Positions 1 to 9,247 of a DNA stretch of 64,000 bases are shown here, one piece after another. Position 1 is the stretch's first letter. Every line of letters begins with the position of its first letter. The translations under genes were made by a program, and so were the position numbers. The notes beneath the pieces are model-generated. The model was not told the origin of the DNA. It worked only from the letters and a program-made list of their open reading frames with translations, and searched no databases. Origin of the DNA: an uncultured Nitrospina sp. (GTDB lineage Bacteria > Nitrospinota > Nitrospinia > Nitrospinales > VA-1); assembly GCA_964344595.1 (NCBI GenBank), contig CAYFNV010000004.1, forward strand, positions 80,959-144,958, in the 5' to 3' direction.

Positions 1-1134
1 GTCCAAGGCATGCCCCGATTTAAAGATCTCATTATAATTCTTTCCTGCAGAACGAATTCCAAGACAAGCCGCATCATAAAATTCGTTTGCTTTCACATGT
101 CTTGTGCAAGAAGCCGCATATAATATTCCTGATGCCACCATAGCTCCTGCCTTAACTAACCTGACATAAGCCTCCAGTGCCTGGGCTCTTTGTTTTTTGT
201 TTCTGGCAAAAGCCGGTGGGTCTAATATCACTAAATCAAAACTAAGATTTTCGGATCTCATTCTAGCCAGTATTTGGAAGGCATCCCCTGCTTCTTGCAA
301 AAAGCTTGGCGCTGAAAATAATTTATCTGGAAAATTTAATTTTAGATTTCGTTTTGAAGTTTCTAGCGCCTGAGGGCTACTGTCTACTTCCACAACCGAT
401 TTGCATCCACCAGCAATGGCATACACTGAAAAACCACCTGTATAACTGAAAACATTTAGTACGGAGCAGTCTTTCGCCATGTTACGGATTTTTAACCGAT
501 TGTCCCTCTGATCCAGAAAAAAACCTGTTTTCTGCCCTTCTTTAACATCGGCTATGAACTTCAAGCCATTTTCCTTAAACTCAACCCAACTCGACGGGTC
601 ATTGCCATACAATAACTGCCCATCCTGATAAACCGATTTTGATCTCAATGATTTGAAAATGTTCTTTGCTAAACGTAATATCAGTTTCTTGCTATTGAAT
701 GCATTACAGAACAATTCACTTAGAAGTTCCAAAAAAGGAAACCAACTTGCGGTATATAGTTTAATCACCAAGGTGTCCTCATAACGATCCAGCACAAGCC
801 CAGGGAACCCATCATTTTCACCATTAATCACTCGATAACCTGTTGTTCCCTGACGTTCCAGAGGCTCCCTGACAGCTTTTGCAGACAATAAGCGCTCCTG
901 AAAAAAGTCAGCGTTAACCTCCCGGGTTTTTCCCAATACCATTACTCTAAAGCAAAGGTCAGAGTGTGGGTCCCATAATCCCAAGGCCAAAAATCTGTTT
1001 TTGTGATCGTATATGATCCCCAAATTTTCTGATTTCTCTTCAGGAATTTTATTCTGTACTTGATATTTGAATACCCAGGGGTAGCCTTTTCGTATTTTTC
1101 CTTGTAACGTTTTAGATATCTGGATCTTAATCAT
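1..1134 (-). CDS. rlmI: Class I SAM-dependent 23S rRNA m5C methyltransferase, RlmI/RlmK-like (3' end beyond window edge)
   Basis: This gene is not in the supplied ORF track because it runs off the left edge. My reverse-strand translation from the ATG at 1134..1132 gives MIKIQISKTLQGKIRKGYPWVFKYQV...GQKTGFFLDQRDNR...FSYTGGFSVYA...VILDPPAF. That is colinear with the PUA + SAM-MTase layout of E. coli RlmI (HGHKTGYYLDQRDSR, FSYTGGFAV, DPPKF). Confidence 0.8.
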   Translation of the reverse strand, partial: MIKIQISKTLQGKIRKGYPWVFKYQVQNKIPEEKSENLGIIYDHKNRFLALGLWDPHSDLCFRVMVLGKTREVNADFFQERLLSAKAVREPLERQGTTGYRVINGENDGFPGLVLDRYEDTLVIKLYTASWFPFLELLSELFCNAFNSKKLILRLAKNIFKSLRSKSVYQDGQLLYGNDPSSWVEFKENGLKFIADVKEGQKTGFFLDQRDNRLKIRNMAKDCSVLNVFSYTGGFSVYAIAGGCKSVVEVDSSPQALETSKRNLKLNFPDKLFSAPSFLQEAGDAFQILARMRSENLSFDLVILDPPAFARNKKQRAQALEAYVRLVKAGAMVASGILYAASCTRHVKANEFYDAACLGIRSAGKNYNEIFKSGHALD

Positions 1135-1222
1135 TCACGACTGTCATAAATTTAGTTTTGGATACCCCGGTTTATCTTAAGGTATAAAAATTAAATCCTT
1201 TATCAAAATTATTATAGTTTGG

Positions 1223-1966
1223 TTATTTAGAAGCTTTCATGTGTGGCAGGGTATCCAGAATCTTGATTTGCCGGACCTGAACATGTTTTGGTGTCGGCCT
1301 AATAGACCAATGCCTGGGATTTGGTAAGACTGCCGCCATCCACGCAGACTCAACAGGAGAAAGAATTTTTGATGAATGACGGAAATAGGTTTGGGCTGCC
1401 TTTTCGCAACCAAAAATACCATCACCCCATTCAATCACATTTAAATAGACTTCCAGGATCCTTTGCTTACTCCAAAAAAACTCTATCAACACCGTAAAAT
1501 AACTCTCTAGCAACTTTCGGAACCAGGTCCTGGTTTGCCACAAGAATACATTTCGAGCGGTTTGCATAGTAATTGTGCTGGCACCCACTTTTCGGTCTGT
1601 CGTCAGGTTGGTCTGAATCGCATATTCGATTGCCAGCCAGTCGAATCCATGATGGTCAAAAAATTTCTGGTCTTCGGCAGCTAAAACCGCTTTGATAATA
1701 TTTGGGGAAACCTGTTCGATAGACCGCCAATCATCCAAATACAGAGGAAGGTTCTTCGATGTATCACTTTCTAGCCAGCGGACCCACATCAAAGGTGTTG
1801 AGGGTGGGTTCACATACCTGTATAACAAAACAGGGACCAATGTGAACGCAACAAAACAAAGGAAAAAATCAAAAATAATCTTCCAGATGCGAATTTGAAT
1901 TGATTTTTTGCCTCGTTTTCGTTTTTTTGCCACAGAGCTACCCCTAAAAGCATAAATCGAGCTCAA
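1223..1966 (-). CDS. mtgA: Monofunctional biosynthetic peptidoglycan transglycosylase (GT51)
   Basis: It carries the GT51 motifs AAEDQKFFDHHGFDW, GASTITMQ and KQRILEVYLN and has a single N-terminal TM segment. At 247 aa it has no transpeptidase domain. The track start is a TTG, so the exact start is uncertain. Confidence 0.9.
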   Translation of the reverse strand: MSSIYAFRGSSVAKKRKRGKKSIQIRIWKIIFDFFLCFVAFTLVPVLLYRYVNPPSTPLMWVRWLESDTSKNLPLYLDDWRSIEQVSPNIIKAVLAAEDQKFFDHHGFDWLAIEYAIQTNLTTDRKVGASTITMQTARNVFLWQTRTWFRKLLESYFTVLIEFFWSKQRILEVYLNVIEWGDGIFGCEKAAQTYFRHSSKILSPVESAWMAAVLPNPRHWSIRPTPKHVQVRQIKILDTLPHMKASK

Positions 1967-2012
1967 GACAGGTCCTGATGTCTCAATTTAACCCAAAGTC
2001 CGATAAAAAAAA

Positions 2013-3116
2013 TCAGCTTTTCTTTATTGCGGCATTATATAGGCTGACATTTCTTTGAAAAGCCTTAAGGTGTTCCGGAGGAATTCTTCTTCTGTAACTC
2101 TTATGGTACTTGGAGGTGAAAGGGCTATAAATAATTTTTTTATTTTTTCGGTTCTGGATCTCATAGTGCAGGTGAGGAGCAAACGTTCTTCCTGTATTTC
2201 CAGATTCTGCGATCTGCTGGCCTGCCTTAATGGTCTGACCTCTTTTCACTTTGACCCTGCTCAAATGGAGATATAGTGTCTTTATACCCAACTTGGGATG
2301 ATCAATTTCAACACAATAACCGTTTGCTCTAACATTCCAATTCGTGCGAATAACCTTTCCAGCAAACCCTGAATAAACAGGTGTCCCTTCTTCGGCCTTA
2401 AAGTCTGTCCCTGAATGCCCCCCTGCTCCTTTACGAAAATCTCCAGGCAGGGAAGTGATTTCAGTATATTGTCTGATTGGACTCTGAGACTCCACAATAC
2501 GCCGGGCAATTTCATTGCCTTCTTTATCAAAATACCCCCCATTGCCAAACTTATCGAAATAATACGCTTCAAATGTTTTACCAAATCGTTTGCTTGTATA
2601 AGAAAGCTTGAGGATTTTGAATTGCTCGGGCTCATCAAGCTGCTGGTACATCACATCCAGCAAATCACCATTTCTCATGCTTTTATTGATATCCATGAGC
2701 CAGGCCATCAGACGTCCAATATGTGCAGAAAGTGCAGCACATCCATTTTCACGGGTTATCATTTTGCAGACACTATAATTCAATGAGTTTTTGATTTTAA
2801 AGTTTAGTGACTGAACATTTTTACCATCAAGTGTTCTCTCATGAGGAGTCGTGAATGATACCGGCTTGACAGCACCCACCGCTGGAGATTGAGGAAATTG
2901 TTTTGGTAACACATTTTGGGGGCCTTTGACTCGAGCTTGGGGTAACGTTTCTACATTCTGCGATAAAGATGCAACAGCAGCATTATTATTCTGATCAAAA
3001 AAAAGGAGAAAGACATTCAATCCCACTGAAACGATAAAGAGAAAAACAAACCCTAAGCGAAATTTATTTTTCTTTTGGATTTTCTGGTCTTGAAGCGAGG
3101 AGGTGGGAATGTGCAT
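2013..3116 (-). CDS. M23 (LytM-type) metallopeptidase, membrane anchored
   Basis: The C-terminal M23 motifs are HSGTDFKAEEGTPVYS and GNTGRTFAPHLHYEI. The track ORF extends to 3245, but that extension overlaps the divergent neighbour. The ATG at 3116 (MHIPTSS...) is preceded by GAAGGAAAG and followed by a TM helix, so I prefer it. Confidence 0.85.
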   Translation of the reverse strand: MHIPTSSLQDQKIQKKNKFRLGFVFLFIVSVGLNVFLLFFDQNNNAAVASLSQNVETLPQARVKGPQNVLPKQFPQSPAVGAVKPVSFTTPHERTLDGKNVQSLNFKIKNSLNYSVCKMITRENGCAALSAHIGRLMAWLMDINKSMRNGDLLDVMYQQLDEPEQFKILKLSYTSKRFGKTFEAYYFDKFGNGGYFDKEGNEIARRIVESQSPIRQYTEITSLPGDFRKGAGGHSGTDFKAEEGTPVYSGFAGKVIRTNWNVRANGYCVEIDHPKLGIKTLYLHLSRVKVKRGQTIKAGQQIAESGNTGRTFAPHLHYEIQNRKNKKIIYSPFTSKYHKSYRRRIPPEHLKAFQRNVSLYNAAIKKS

Positions 3117-3217
3117 GTTCTTTCCTTCAGTTAAATGATAAAGTAGTGCTTTAAAATTATGAAAAGATTCAGTAAACACTTGTTTAAAAAGGCAAACCAA
3201 CTTTAAAAGCAAATTCA

Positions 3218-4357
3218 TTGTATAAAATAATACCAACAAATTCAATTAGTTCCGAGATTATTCCTGCAGAATATAAACCGGAGATTTTTTTTCTGGAAGA
3301 AGGAGTTGAAGTATATCCTCTGGCAAGAGATATCCTTTCCAGGCACCCTGATATTCCCCGGAAGATATTCAAGGATATTTCAGCACTCACTGATCAGGCG
3401 AAGCCTTCAAAATACGATGTGTTTGGAGAAGGAAAAAAAAGTTTGGCGTTATCCCGTTTTAAGGGATCTTTTTTGAAGAAGTGTCCGGGTATCAGTCCTG
3501 GTATGGTTTGCTGTAATTATTATGTTGTGAATTTATCTAAAAACTGCATCTACGATTGTTCTTATTGTTTCTTGCAAGATTTCCTAGTGAACAACCCCAT
3601 GCAAGTAGCTTATATGAATGTTGAAGATTTACTTGGCGAGCTTGAGGAGGAATTCACACAATATCCTGATCGAAATTATAGGGTTGGCACAGGAGAGTTG
3701 ACAGACAGCCTGGCTCTTGACTCAACCGTTCCCTATACGAAACATCTGCTCCCATTTTTCAACCAACAAACAAATGCTGTACTGGAGTTAAAGACCAAAT
3801 CGGACCAGATAGCAAACCTTTTAAATCATTCTGATCCAACGAATATTATTGTTTCCTGGTCGTTAAATCCACAAACCATTATAGATAGGGAAGAAAAAGG
3901 TACTCCGAGTTTAATTCAACGCCTTGAGGCAGCCCGGGCTTGTTTGGAAAAAGGGTACCGTATCGGGTTCCACTTTGATCCTATTATTTTGATACCGGGA
4001 TGGGAAGAGGCCTACAAACAAATGGTTGATATTTTATGCGACACAATAGCAATTTCAAAATTGGAGTGGATAAGTTTGGGAAGCTTTCGATACCGGCCCT
4101 CATTGAAATCGATCATCAAAAATCGCCATCCAGAGACCAGACTGTTCACCAGTGAACACCTGCCAAGCAAAGATGGAAAGTTTCGTTATCTTCGACCATT
4201 AAGAAACCAAGCCTACGAAAAAATTCGCGGATTTCTTACCGACCGTTCAAAAGAATTAAACATTTATCTCTGTATGGAAACACGAGAAATCTGGGAAGAT
4301 GTTACGGGGAAAACTCCACGAAGTGATAAAAAGCTCAACCAGTTTTTCGACCTTTGA
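3218..4357 (+). CDS. Radical SAM protein, spore-photoproduct-lyase (SplB/COG1533) family
   Basis: It has the CX3CX2C cluster motif 'NCIYDCSYCFLQ'. The 379-aa length and overall layout resemble SplB-like DNA repair radical SAM enzymes. Confidence 0.7.
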   Translation: MYKIIPTNSISSEIIPAEYKPEIFFLEEGVEVYPLARDILSRHPDIPRKIFKDISALTDQAKPSKYDVFGEGKKSLALSRFKGSFLKKCPGISPGMVCCNYYVVNLSKNCIYDCSYCFLQDFLVNNPMQVAYMNVEDLLGELEEEFTQYPDRNYRVGTGELTDSLALDSTVPYTKHLLPFFNQQTNAVLELKTKSDQIANLLNHSDPTNIIVSWSLNPQTIIDREEKGTPSLIQRLEAARACLEKGYRIGFHFDPIILIPGWEEAYKQMVDILCDTIAISKLEWISLGSFRYRPSLKSIIKNRHPETRLFTSEHLPSKDGKFRYLRPLRNQAYEKIRGFLTDRSKELNIYLCMETREIWEDVTGKTPRSDKKLNQFFDL

Positions 4358-4366
4358 ATAAAAACC

Positions 4367-5473
4367 TCAAAGACGCATAGGCATGACAATGCTTTTATAC
4401 TGATCGTCATCTGTAACAGTAAAAAGGCAGGAGTGGTTTTGATCTTTCAGATTCAGGGTCACTGAATCACCCTCAACAACATTTAGGATTTCCAAAACAT
4501 ATTTTGCATTAAGCCCGATGGAGACTTCTTCACCTTCATACTCAATGGGCATTTCCTCGTGTGCGGCTCCCAAATCTGTATTATCAGAAACCAAAGTCAA
4601 ATTTCCTTTCTGGATTTCAAACCGCACCATTTTTGATTTCTCATCTGCCAGCAGGGCCACCCGTTTTAAGGCATGGGTTAGCCCATCCCTCCCAGCCTTG
4701 GCTCTCAATTGGTTATCCGAAGGAATTACCTGACGATAATTAGGGAACTTGCCATCTATTTTTCGGGATACTATTACCTGCTTACCACAAATAAATGCCA
4801 AATGATTGTCCTGGGAAGAAAACCCAAATGTCGCGCCTTCATCCTCCATCAGTTTTAACAACTCAGACAACGCTTTCTTAGGTAGCAGGAAACTCAAAAC
4901 TTCACCTTTTGAAGCGTTAGATTTAACCGGACGTGAAATCATCGCTAATCGGTGACCATCAGTGCCCACCAGATTTGCGCTATCCCCTTCAGCTTCCAAC
5001 AATAAGCCGTTTAGCGCCTGCCGTGTTTCGTCGGGAGAAACTGCAAAAAAAGTTTTCCGAATCATTTCCTTTAAAATTTTGCTGTCAAATTCCAGTAGCG
5101 GCTTTTCACTGTATTCAGGTAATGGAGGAAAGTCTTCAGGTGGAAGTCCGGGCAAACGGAATTTTGATTTTCCGCACTTTAAAGTAATCCAGTTATTCTC
5201 TTCCTTTTTCAGATAGATTTCTTCGTCAGGAAGCTCCCGGATAATGTCGAAAAGTTTTCTCGCATTGAGCGTCACGGCACCGGTAGCGCTCACATTCGCC
5301 TCATAATGACCGAGAGTTCCTATTTCCAAATCCGTCGCACGAATACAAATGCTGTCTTTATCGGCTGAAAGATGCAAATGAGAAAGAATGGGCATCGCCC
5401 CCTTCGGCTCAACAATTCCCTGAACTTTGTGCACACCGTTCAGGAGGACATCACGACTTATCCTGACTTCCAT
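4367..5473 (-). CDS. dnaN: DNA polymerase III beta sliding clamp
   Basis: The 368-aa protein has a typical three-domain clamp sequence (MEVRISRDVLLNGVHKVQGIVE...PILSHLHLSA...LNAKYVLEILN...VMPMRL). An AAGGAG RBS lies upstream. Confidence 0.95.
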   Translation of the reverse strand: MEVRISRDVLLNGVHKVQGIVEPKGAMPILSHLHLSADKDSICIRATDLEIGTLGHYEANVSATGAVTLNARKLFDIIRELPDEEIYLKKEENNWITLKCGKSKFRLPGLPPEDFPPLPEYSEKPLLEFDSKILKEMIRKTFFAVSPDETRQALNGLLLEAEGDSANLVGTDGHRLAMISRPVKSNASKGEVLSFLLPKKALSELLKLMEDEGATFGFSSQDNHLAFICGKQVIVSRKIDGKFPNYRQVIPSDNQLRAKAGRDGLTHALKRVALLADEKSKMVRFEIQKGNLTLVSDNTDLGAAHEEMPIEYEGEEVSIGLNAKYVLEILNVVEGDSVTLNLKDQNHSCLFTVTDDDQYKSIVMPMRL

Positions 5474-5832
5474 AACACTCCTTTAAAGTATTGCCTTCAT
5501 AAGGCATCAGGATTTTTAGCACAATTGCAAAAACCTGTCAAAGAGAAATGACAATCACAAAAGTTCACAAATTTAAATAAAATTTTTCTTTTAAACTATT
5601 CATAAAATAAAAAATTTTGCCATCTACCCTAAAACCCAAAAACAAAAAATTATTGAAAAAGCGAACCCTAGCAAGACGAAAATATAAAAAAGAAACGGCA
5701 TATAAATGTAGTCACCTTAAAAGCCCCCATAAGCTGTGATAATCTGGTAGAAATTTGCGTTTAAGATAATTTTGTGAAGCAGGATTATCATTAGTGAATT
5801 CAAAAAAGTATATGGAAGTGTCCAACAATTAG

Positions 5833-7383
5833 ATGACGGAAATAAATACTGAAACAGAAAGCTTCCGACAATTATCCGATGAAAGCCCTTATCCCGTTCT
5901 TCGCATTTCCAGAGACGGGCAACTACTTTATTTCAATCGGGCAAGCACCCCGTTATTAACGTTAACTGATAACGATTCGGCTTACACTCTTTCACCAGAA
6001 TTAAAGCAGTTGGTTCTAGATGAATATGAACATCAGAAGAGTAAAACGCTGGAGTTGGAAGTTTCTGGGCGCACTTTTTCTATCACCTTCATTCCTTGTA
6101 TCGAACAAAACTTCGTAAATGTCTATGGCTATGATAATTCGAACAGGAAAATGATGGAAGACTACCTGACCGAGCATAATAAAACATTAGGCAGCCTTGT
6201 AACGGGAAAACCTTTACAGGAAATATTGGACGGGTTAAGCAAAAATGTAGAAAAACACGGCTCAGGGTTGATGAATTCAATTCTTATAATGGATCAATCA
6301 AAAAAATTTCTTCGCTGTGGTTCAGCGCCCAGCCTTCCCAAGGACTATGTAAAAAAAACGAAGAAGGTTTTAATAGGGCCTAAAGAAGGTTCATGTGGCA
6401 CCGCTGCTTTCTTAAAGGAAATGGTTGTAGTTGAGGATATTGCTTGTGATCCCAGATGGGAAAAGTATAAGGAAGTTCCCCTAAAGTTTGGGCTGAGGGC
6501 TTGCTGGTCCGCACCCATTCTAGATTTTGAAGGTGAGATATTGGGCACCTTCGCCAGTTATTACACAGAACCAAGCAAGCCCAGTTCAGAAGAAATCAAG
6601 CTTATTAAGACCTCCGCCAATTTTGCGGCTCTGGCCATACAAAATTATAATGCCCAAAACAATTTAAAAAATTATGCCGAAGAACTGGAGAGAAGCAACA
6701 AAGACCTGAGAGATTTCGCCCAGATCGCCTCGCATGACTTGCAGGAACCTTTGAGAAAAATTTCTATATTTAGTGATCGTCTGCAAGCTGCCAAATCCCA
6801 TTTAAGTGAACAACAGCTGGACGACCTTTCCAAAATGGGAAATGCCGCCGAAAGAATGCAGACGCTGATAGATGATCTGCTTCAATTTTCCCAGATAAAC
6901 TCAAGCGGGAAACCCTTCCAGAAAGTGGATCTTGCAGATATTGCCAGTGATGTCATTGAGGATCTTGAAGTGCAAATTCATGAGACGCGGGGAGAGATAA
7001 AACAGGGTCATCTCCCTACTATTGAAGCCGACCCTTTTCAGATGCGGCAACTATTTCAAAACCTGATTGGAAATGCCTTGAAATATCACCGACCAAATAT
7101 ACCTCCTGTTGTCTACCTGAGCAGTCAGTCCAATGAAAACAGATCCTATACTATCTTTGTGCAGGATAACGGAATTGGGCTGGATACAAAATTCTCGGAA
7201 AAAATTTTCATACCACTTGAAAGGCTTCATGGAAGAACGTCTTACGAAGGAACAGGAATTGGTCTGGCTATCTGCAAGAAAATTGTAACCCGCCACGGTG
7301 GAAAAATATCCGTAACAAGCCAAATAGGAGAAGGAAGCAATTTCACTATCACACTGCCCAAAAGGCAACCTGCCTCCTCTTAA
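5833..7383 (+). CDS. Sensor histidine kinase (PAS-like + GAF + HisKA + HATPase_c), orphan
   Basis: A GAF-like segment is present (GSCGTAAF...VVVEDIACDPRW). The H-box is FAQIASHDLQEPLRKI and the ATPase boxes are NLIGNALKY, DNGIGL and GTGIGLAICKKIV. No response regulator is adjacent. Confidence 0.9.
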   Translation: MTEINTETESFRQLSDESPYPVLRISRDGQLLYFNRASTPLLTLTDNDSAYTLSPELKQLVLDEYEHQKSKTLELEVSGRTFSITFIPCIEQNFVNVYGYDNSNRKMMEDYLTEHNKTLGSLVTGKPLQEILDGLSKNVEKHGSGLMNSILIMDQSKKFLRCGSAPSLPKDYVKKTKKVLIGPKEGSCGTAAFLKEMVVVEDIACDPRWEKYKEVPLKFGLRACWSAPILDFEGEILGTFASYYTEPSKPSSEEIKLIKTSANFAALAIQNYNAQNNLKNYAEELERSNKDLRDFAQIASHDLQEPLRKISIFSDRLQAAKSHLSEQQLDDLSKMGNAAERMQTLIDDLLQFSQINSSGKPFQKVDLADIASDVIEDLEVQIHETRGEIKQGHLPTIEADPFQMRQLFQNLIGNALKYHRPNIPPVVYLSSQSNENRSYTIFVQDNGIGLDTKFSEKIFIPLERLHGRTSYEGTGIGLAICKKIVTRHGGKISVTSQIGEGSNFTITLPKRQPASS

Positions 7384-7397
7384 ATATTCACAATAGA

Positions 7398-9131
7398 TCA
7401 AGTCCCTTTTTGCGCTATTTTTGCCCAGGTATCGCGCAAGGTCACTGTCCGATTAAAAACCGGTTTTCCTGGAGCAGAGCTCACAGTATCTACACAAAAA
7501 TAACCCATCCTTAAAAACTGGAACCGGTCACCGCCTGCCGCATCCTTTAAAAAGGGCTCAATAAATCCTTGAACAATTTCCAGAGAATCTGGGTTCACGC
7601 TTGATCCCAAGTCTGGGCATTCTTTTTCGTCTGCAGGGTTTTCACTGACAAATAAATGGCTGTACAACCTCACTTCAGCGGGCTGAGCATGGGCTGCAGA
7701 GAGCCAATGCAGTGTACCTTTTACTTTCCTGCCTTCCATGGAAGAACCACTTTTTGTTTCCGGATCATAACTGCAGTGCAACTCTAACACCTCTCCTGTA
7801 TTTTCATCCTTAACCACACTCTCACATTTGATGATGTACGCATGCTTCAAACGCACTTCTCTTCCGGGAGCAAGTCTGAAATATTTTTTGGGAGGATCTT
7901 CCATAAAATCATCCCGTTCAATATAAAGAACCCGGGAAAAAGGAATTTTGCGAGATCCGGCATCGGGGTCTTCGGGATTATTCTCAGCTGTGAGCTCTTC
8001 CACCTGATCTTCAGGATAGTTCTCAATCACCACTTTCAGAGGCCTAACCACCGCCATTACCCGTGGAGAAGTCTTGTTTAAATCTTCCCGCACACAATGT
8101 TCCAACAATGCAAAGTCTATCGTACTATTACTTTTAGCGACTCCAATCCGCTCACAAAAATCTCGAATCGCCTCTGGTGGATAACCTCTGCGGCGCATAC
8201 CCGATAATGTGGGCATGCGTGGGTCGTCCCATCCGTTCACATGGTTCTCCTTTACCAACTGTAAAAGCTTACGCTTGCTCAACACTGTGTAGCTTAGATT
8301 AAGTCGCGCAAACTCAATTTGCTGAGGGCGATAAATATCAAGTTCATTCAGGAACCAGTCATAAAGAGGGCGGTGATCTTCAAACTCCAGAGTACAGATT
8401 GAGTGAGTGATCTGCTCCAGCGAGTCCGATTGACCGTGAGCAAAATCATACATTGGGTAAATGCACCATTTATCTCCTGTTCTATGATGCGTTGCTTTTA
8501 AAACCCGGTACAGAACAGGATCGCGCATATTCAGGTTGCCAGATGCCATATCAATTTTAGCTCTCAATACAACTTCACCTTCAGCAAATTCGCCAGCACG
8601 CATCTTCTCGAACAAATCCAGGTTTTCTTCCACCAACCTATCACGATGGGGGCTGTTCCGTCCCGGTTCAGTAAGCGTACCCCGGTATTCACGGATCTGG
8701 TCTGGGCTTAAGGAATCTACATATGCTTTACCTTTTTTGATCAACCGTAATGCATATTCATAAAGCTGGTCAAAATATTCGGAGGAATAAAACAACCGGT
8801 CATCCCAGTCAAAACCCAGCCACTGCACATCTTCCATTATGGATTTTACATACTCTTCCTCTTCCTTTATGGGGTTGGTATCATCAAACCGAAGATTACA
8901 TTTCCCAGAGTATTGCGAAGCCAGTCCGAAGTTCAGGCAAATAGACTTGGCATGGCCAATGTGAAGGTAACCATTAGGTTCAGGAGGAAAGCGCGTATGA
9001 ACCCTGCCATCATATTTCTGTGTTTTTAAATCTTCCTCGATTATATTCTGTATAAAATTGTTCGAAGATTCTAAATCGTCTGTATGCAAAATCTTTTCTC
9101 CTCCATCAGTCTTGAGGCCAGTGCATAACAA
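7398..9131 (-). CDS. glnS: Glutamine--tRNA ligase
   Basis: The HIGH region is [18 protein letters not shown] and the KMSKS-like motif is VLSKRKL. The 577-aa length and a C-terminal anticodon-binding region are typical of GlnRS. The exact start is uncertain by a few codons. Confidence 0.92.
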   Translation of the reverse strand: MLCTGLKTDGGEKILHTDDLESSNNFIQNIIEEDLKTQKYDGRVHTRFPPEPNGYLHIGHAKSICLNFGLASQYSGKCNLRFDDTNPIKEEEEYVKSIMEDVQWLGFDWDDRLFYSSEYFDQLYEYALRLIKKGKAYVDSLSPDQIREYRGTLTEPGRNSPHRDRLVEENLDLFEKMRAGEFAEGEVVLRAKIDMASGNLNMRDPVLYRVLKATHHRTGDKWCIYPMYDFAHGQSDSLEQITHSICTLEFEDHRPLYDWFLNELDIYRPQQIEFARLNLSYTVLSKRKLLQLVKENHVNGWDDPRMPTLSGMRRRGYPPEAIRDFCERIGVAKSNSTIDFALLEHCVREDLNKTSPRVMAVVRPLKVVIENYPEDQVEELTAENNPEDPDAGSRKIPFSRVLYIERDDFMEDPPKKYFRLAPGREVRLKHAYIIKCESVVKDENTGEVLELHCSYDPETKSGSSMEGRKVKGTLHWLSAAHAQPAEVRLYSHLFVSENPADEKECPDLGSSVNPDSLEIVQGFIEPFLKDAAGGDRFQFLRMGYFCVDTVSSAPGKPVFNRTVTLRDTWAKIAQKGT

Positions 9132-9247
9132 CTCTATCTTACAAGCGCTGATTTACAATTTTTCATGTAATATACATTTTTAAAAAACCATTACCCGATA
9201 CCTGCTCATGTAAAGGGTTTTTTCTAAATCCTAGATAATACTTTTGA

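Noticed and set aside
5474-5832. AT-rich spacer upstream of dnaN considered as a chromosomal replication origin (oriC)
   Set aside because: I could find no cluster of good DnaA boxes; the best are 5-6/9 matches such as AAGTTCACA and ACAATCACA. dnaA is absent. Highly expressed operons tens of kb to the right (ribosomal proteins, rho, prfA) are on the minus strand, the wrong orientation if replication started here and moved rightwards.
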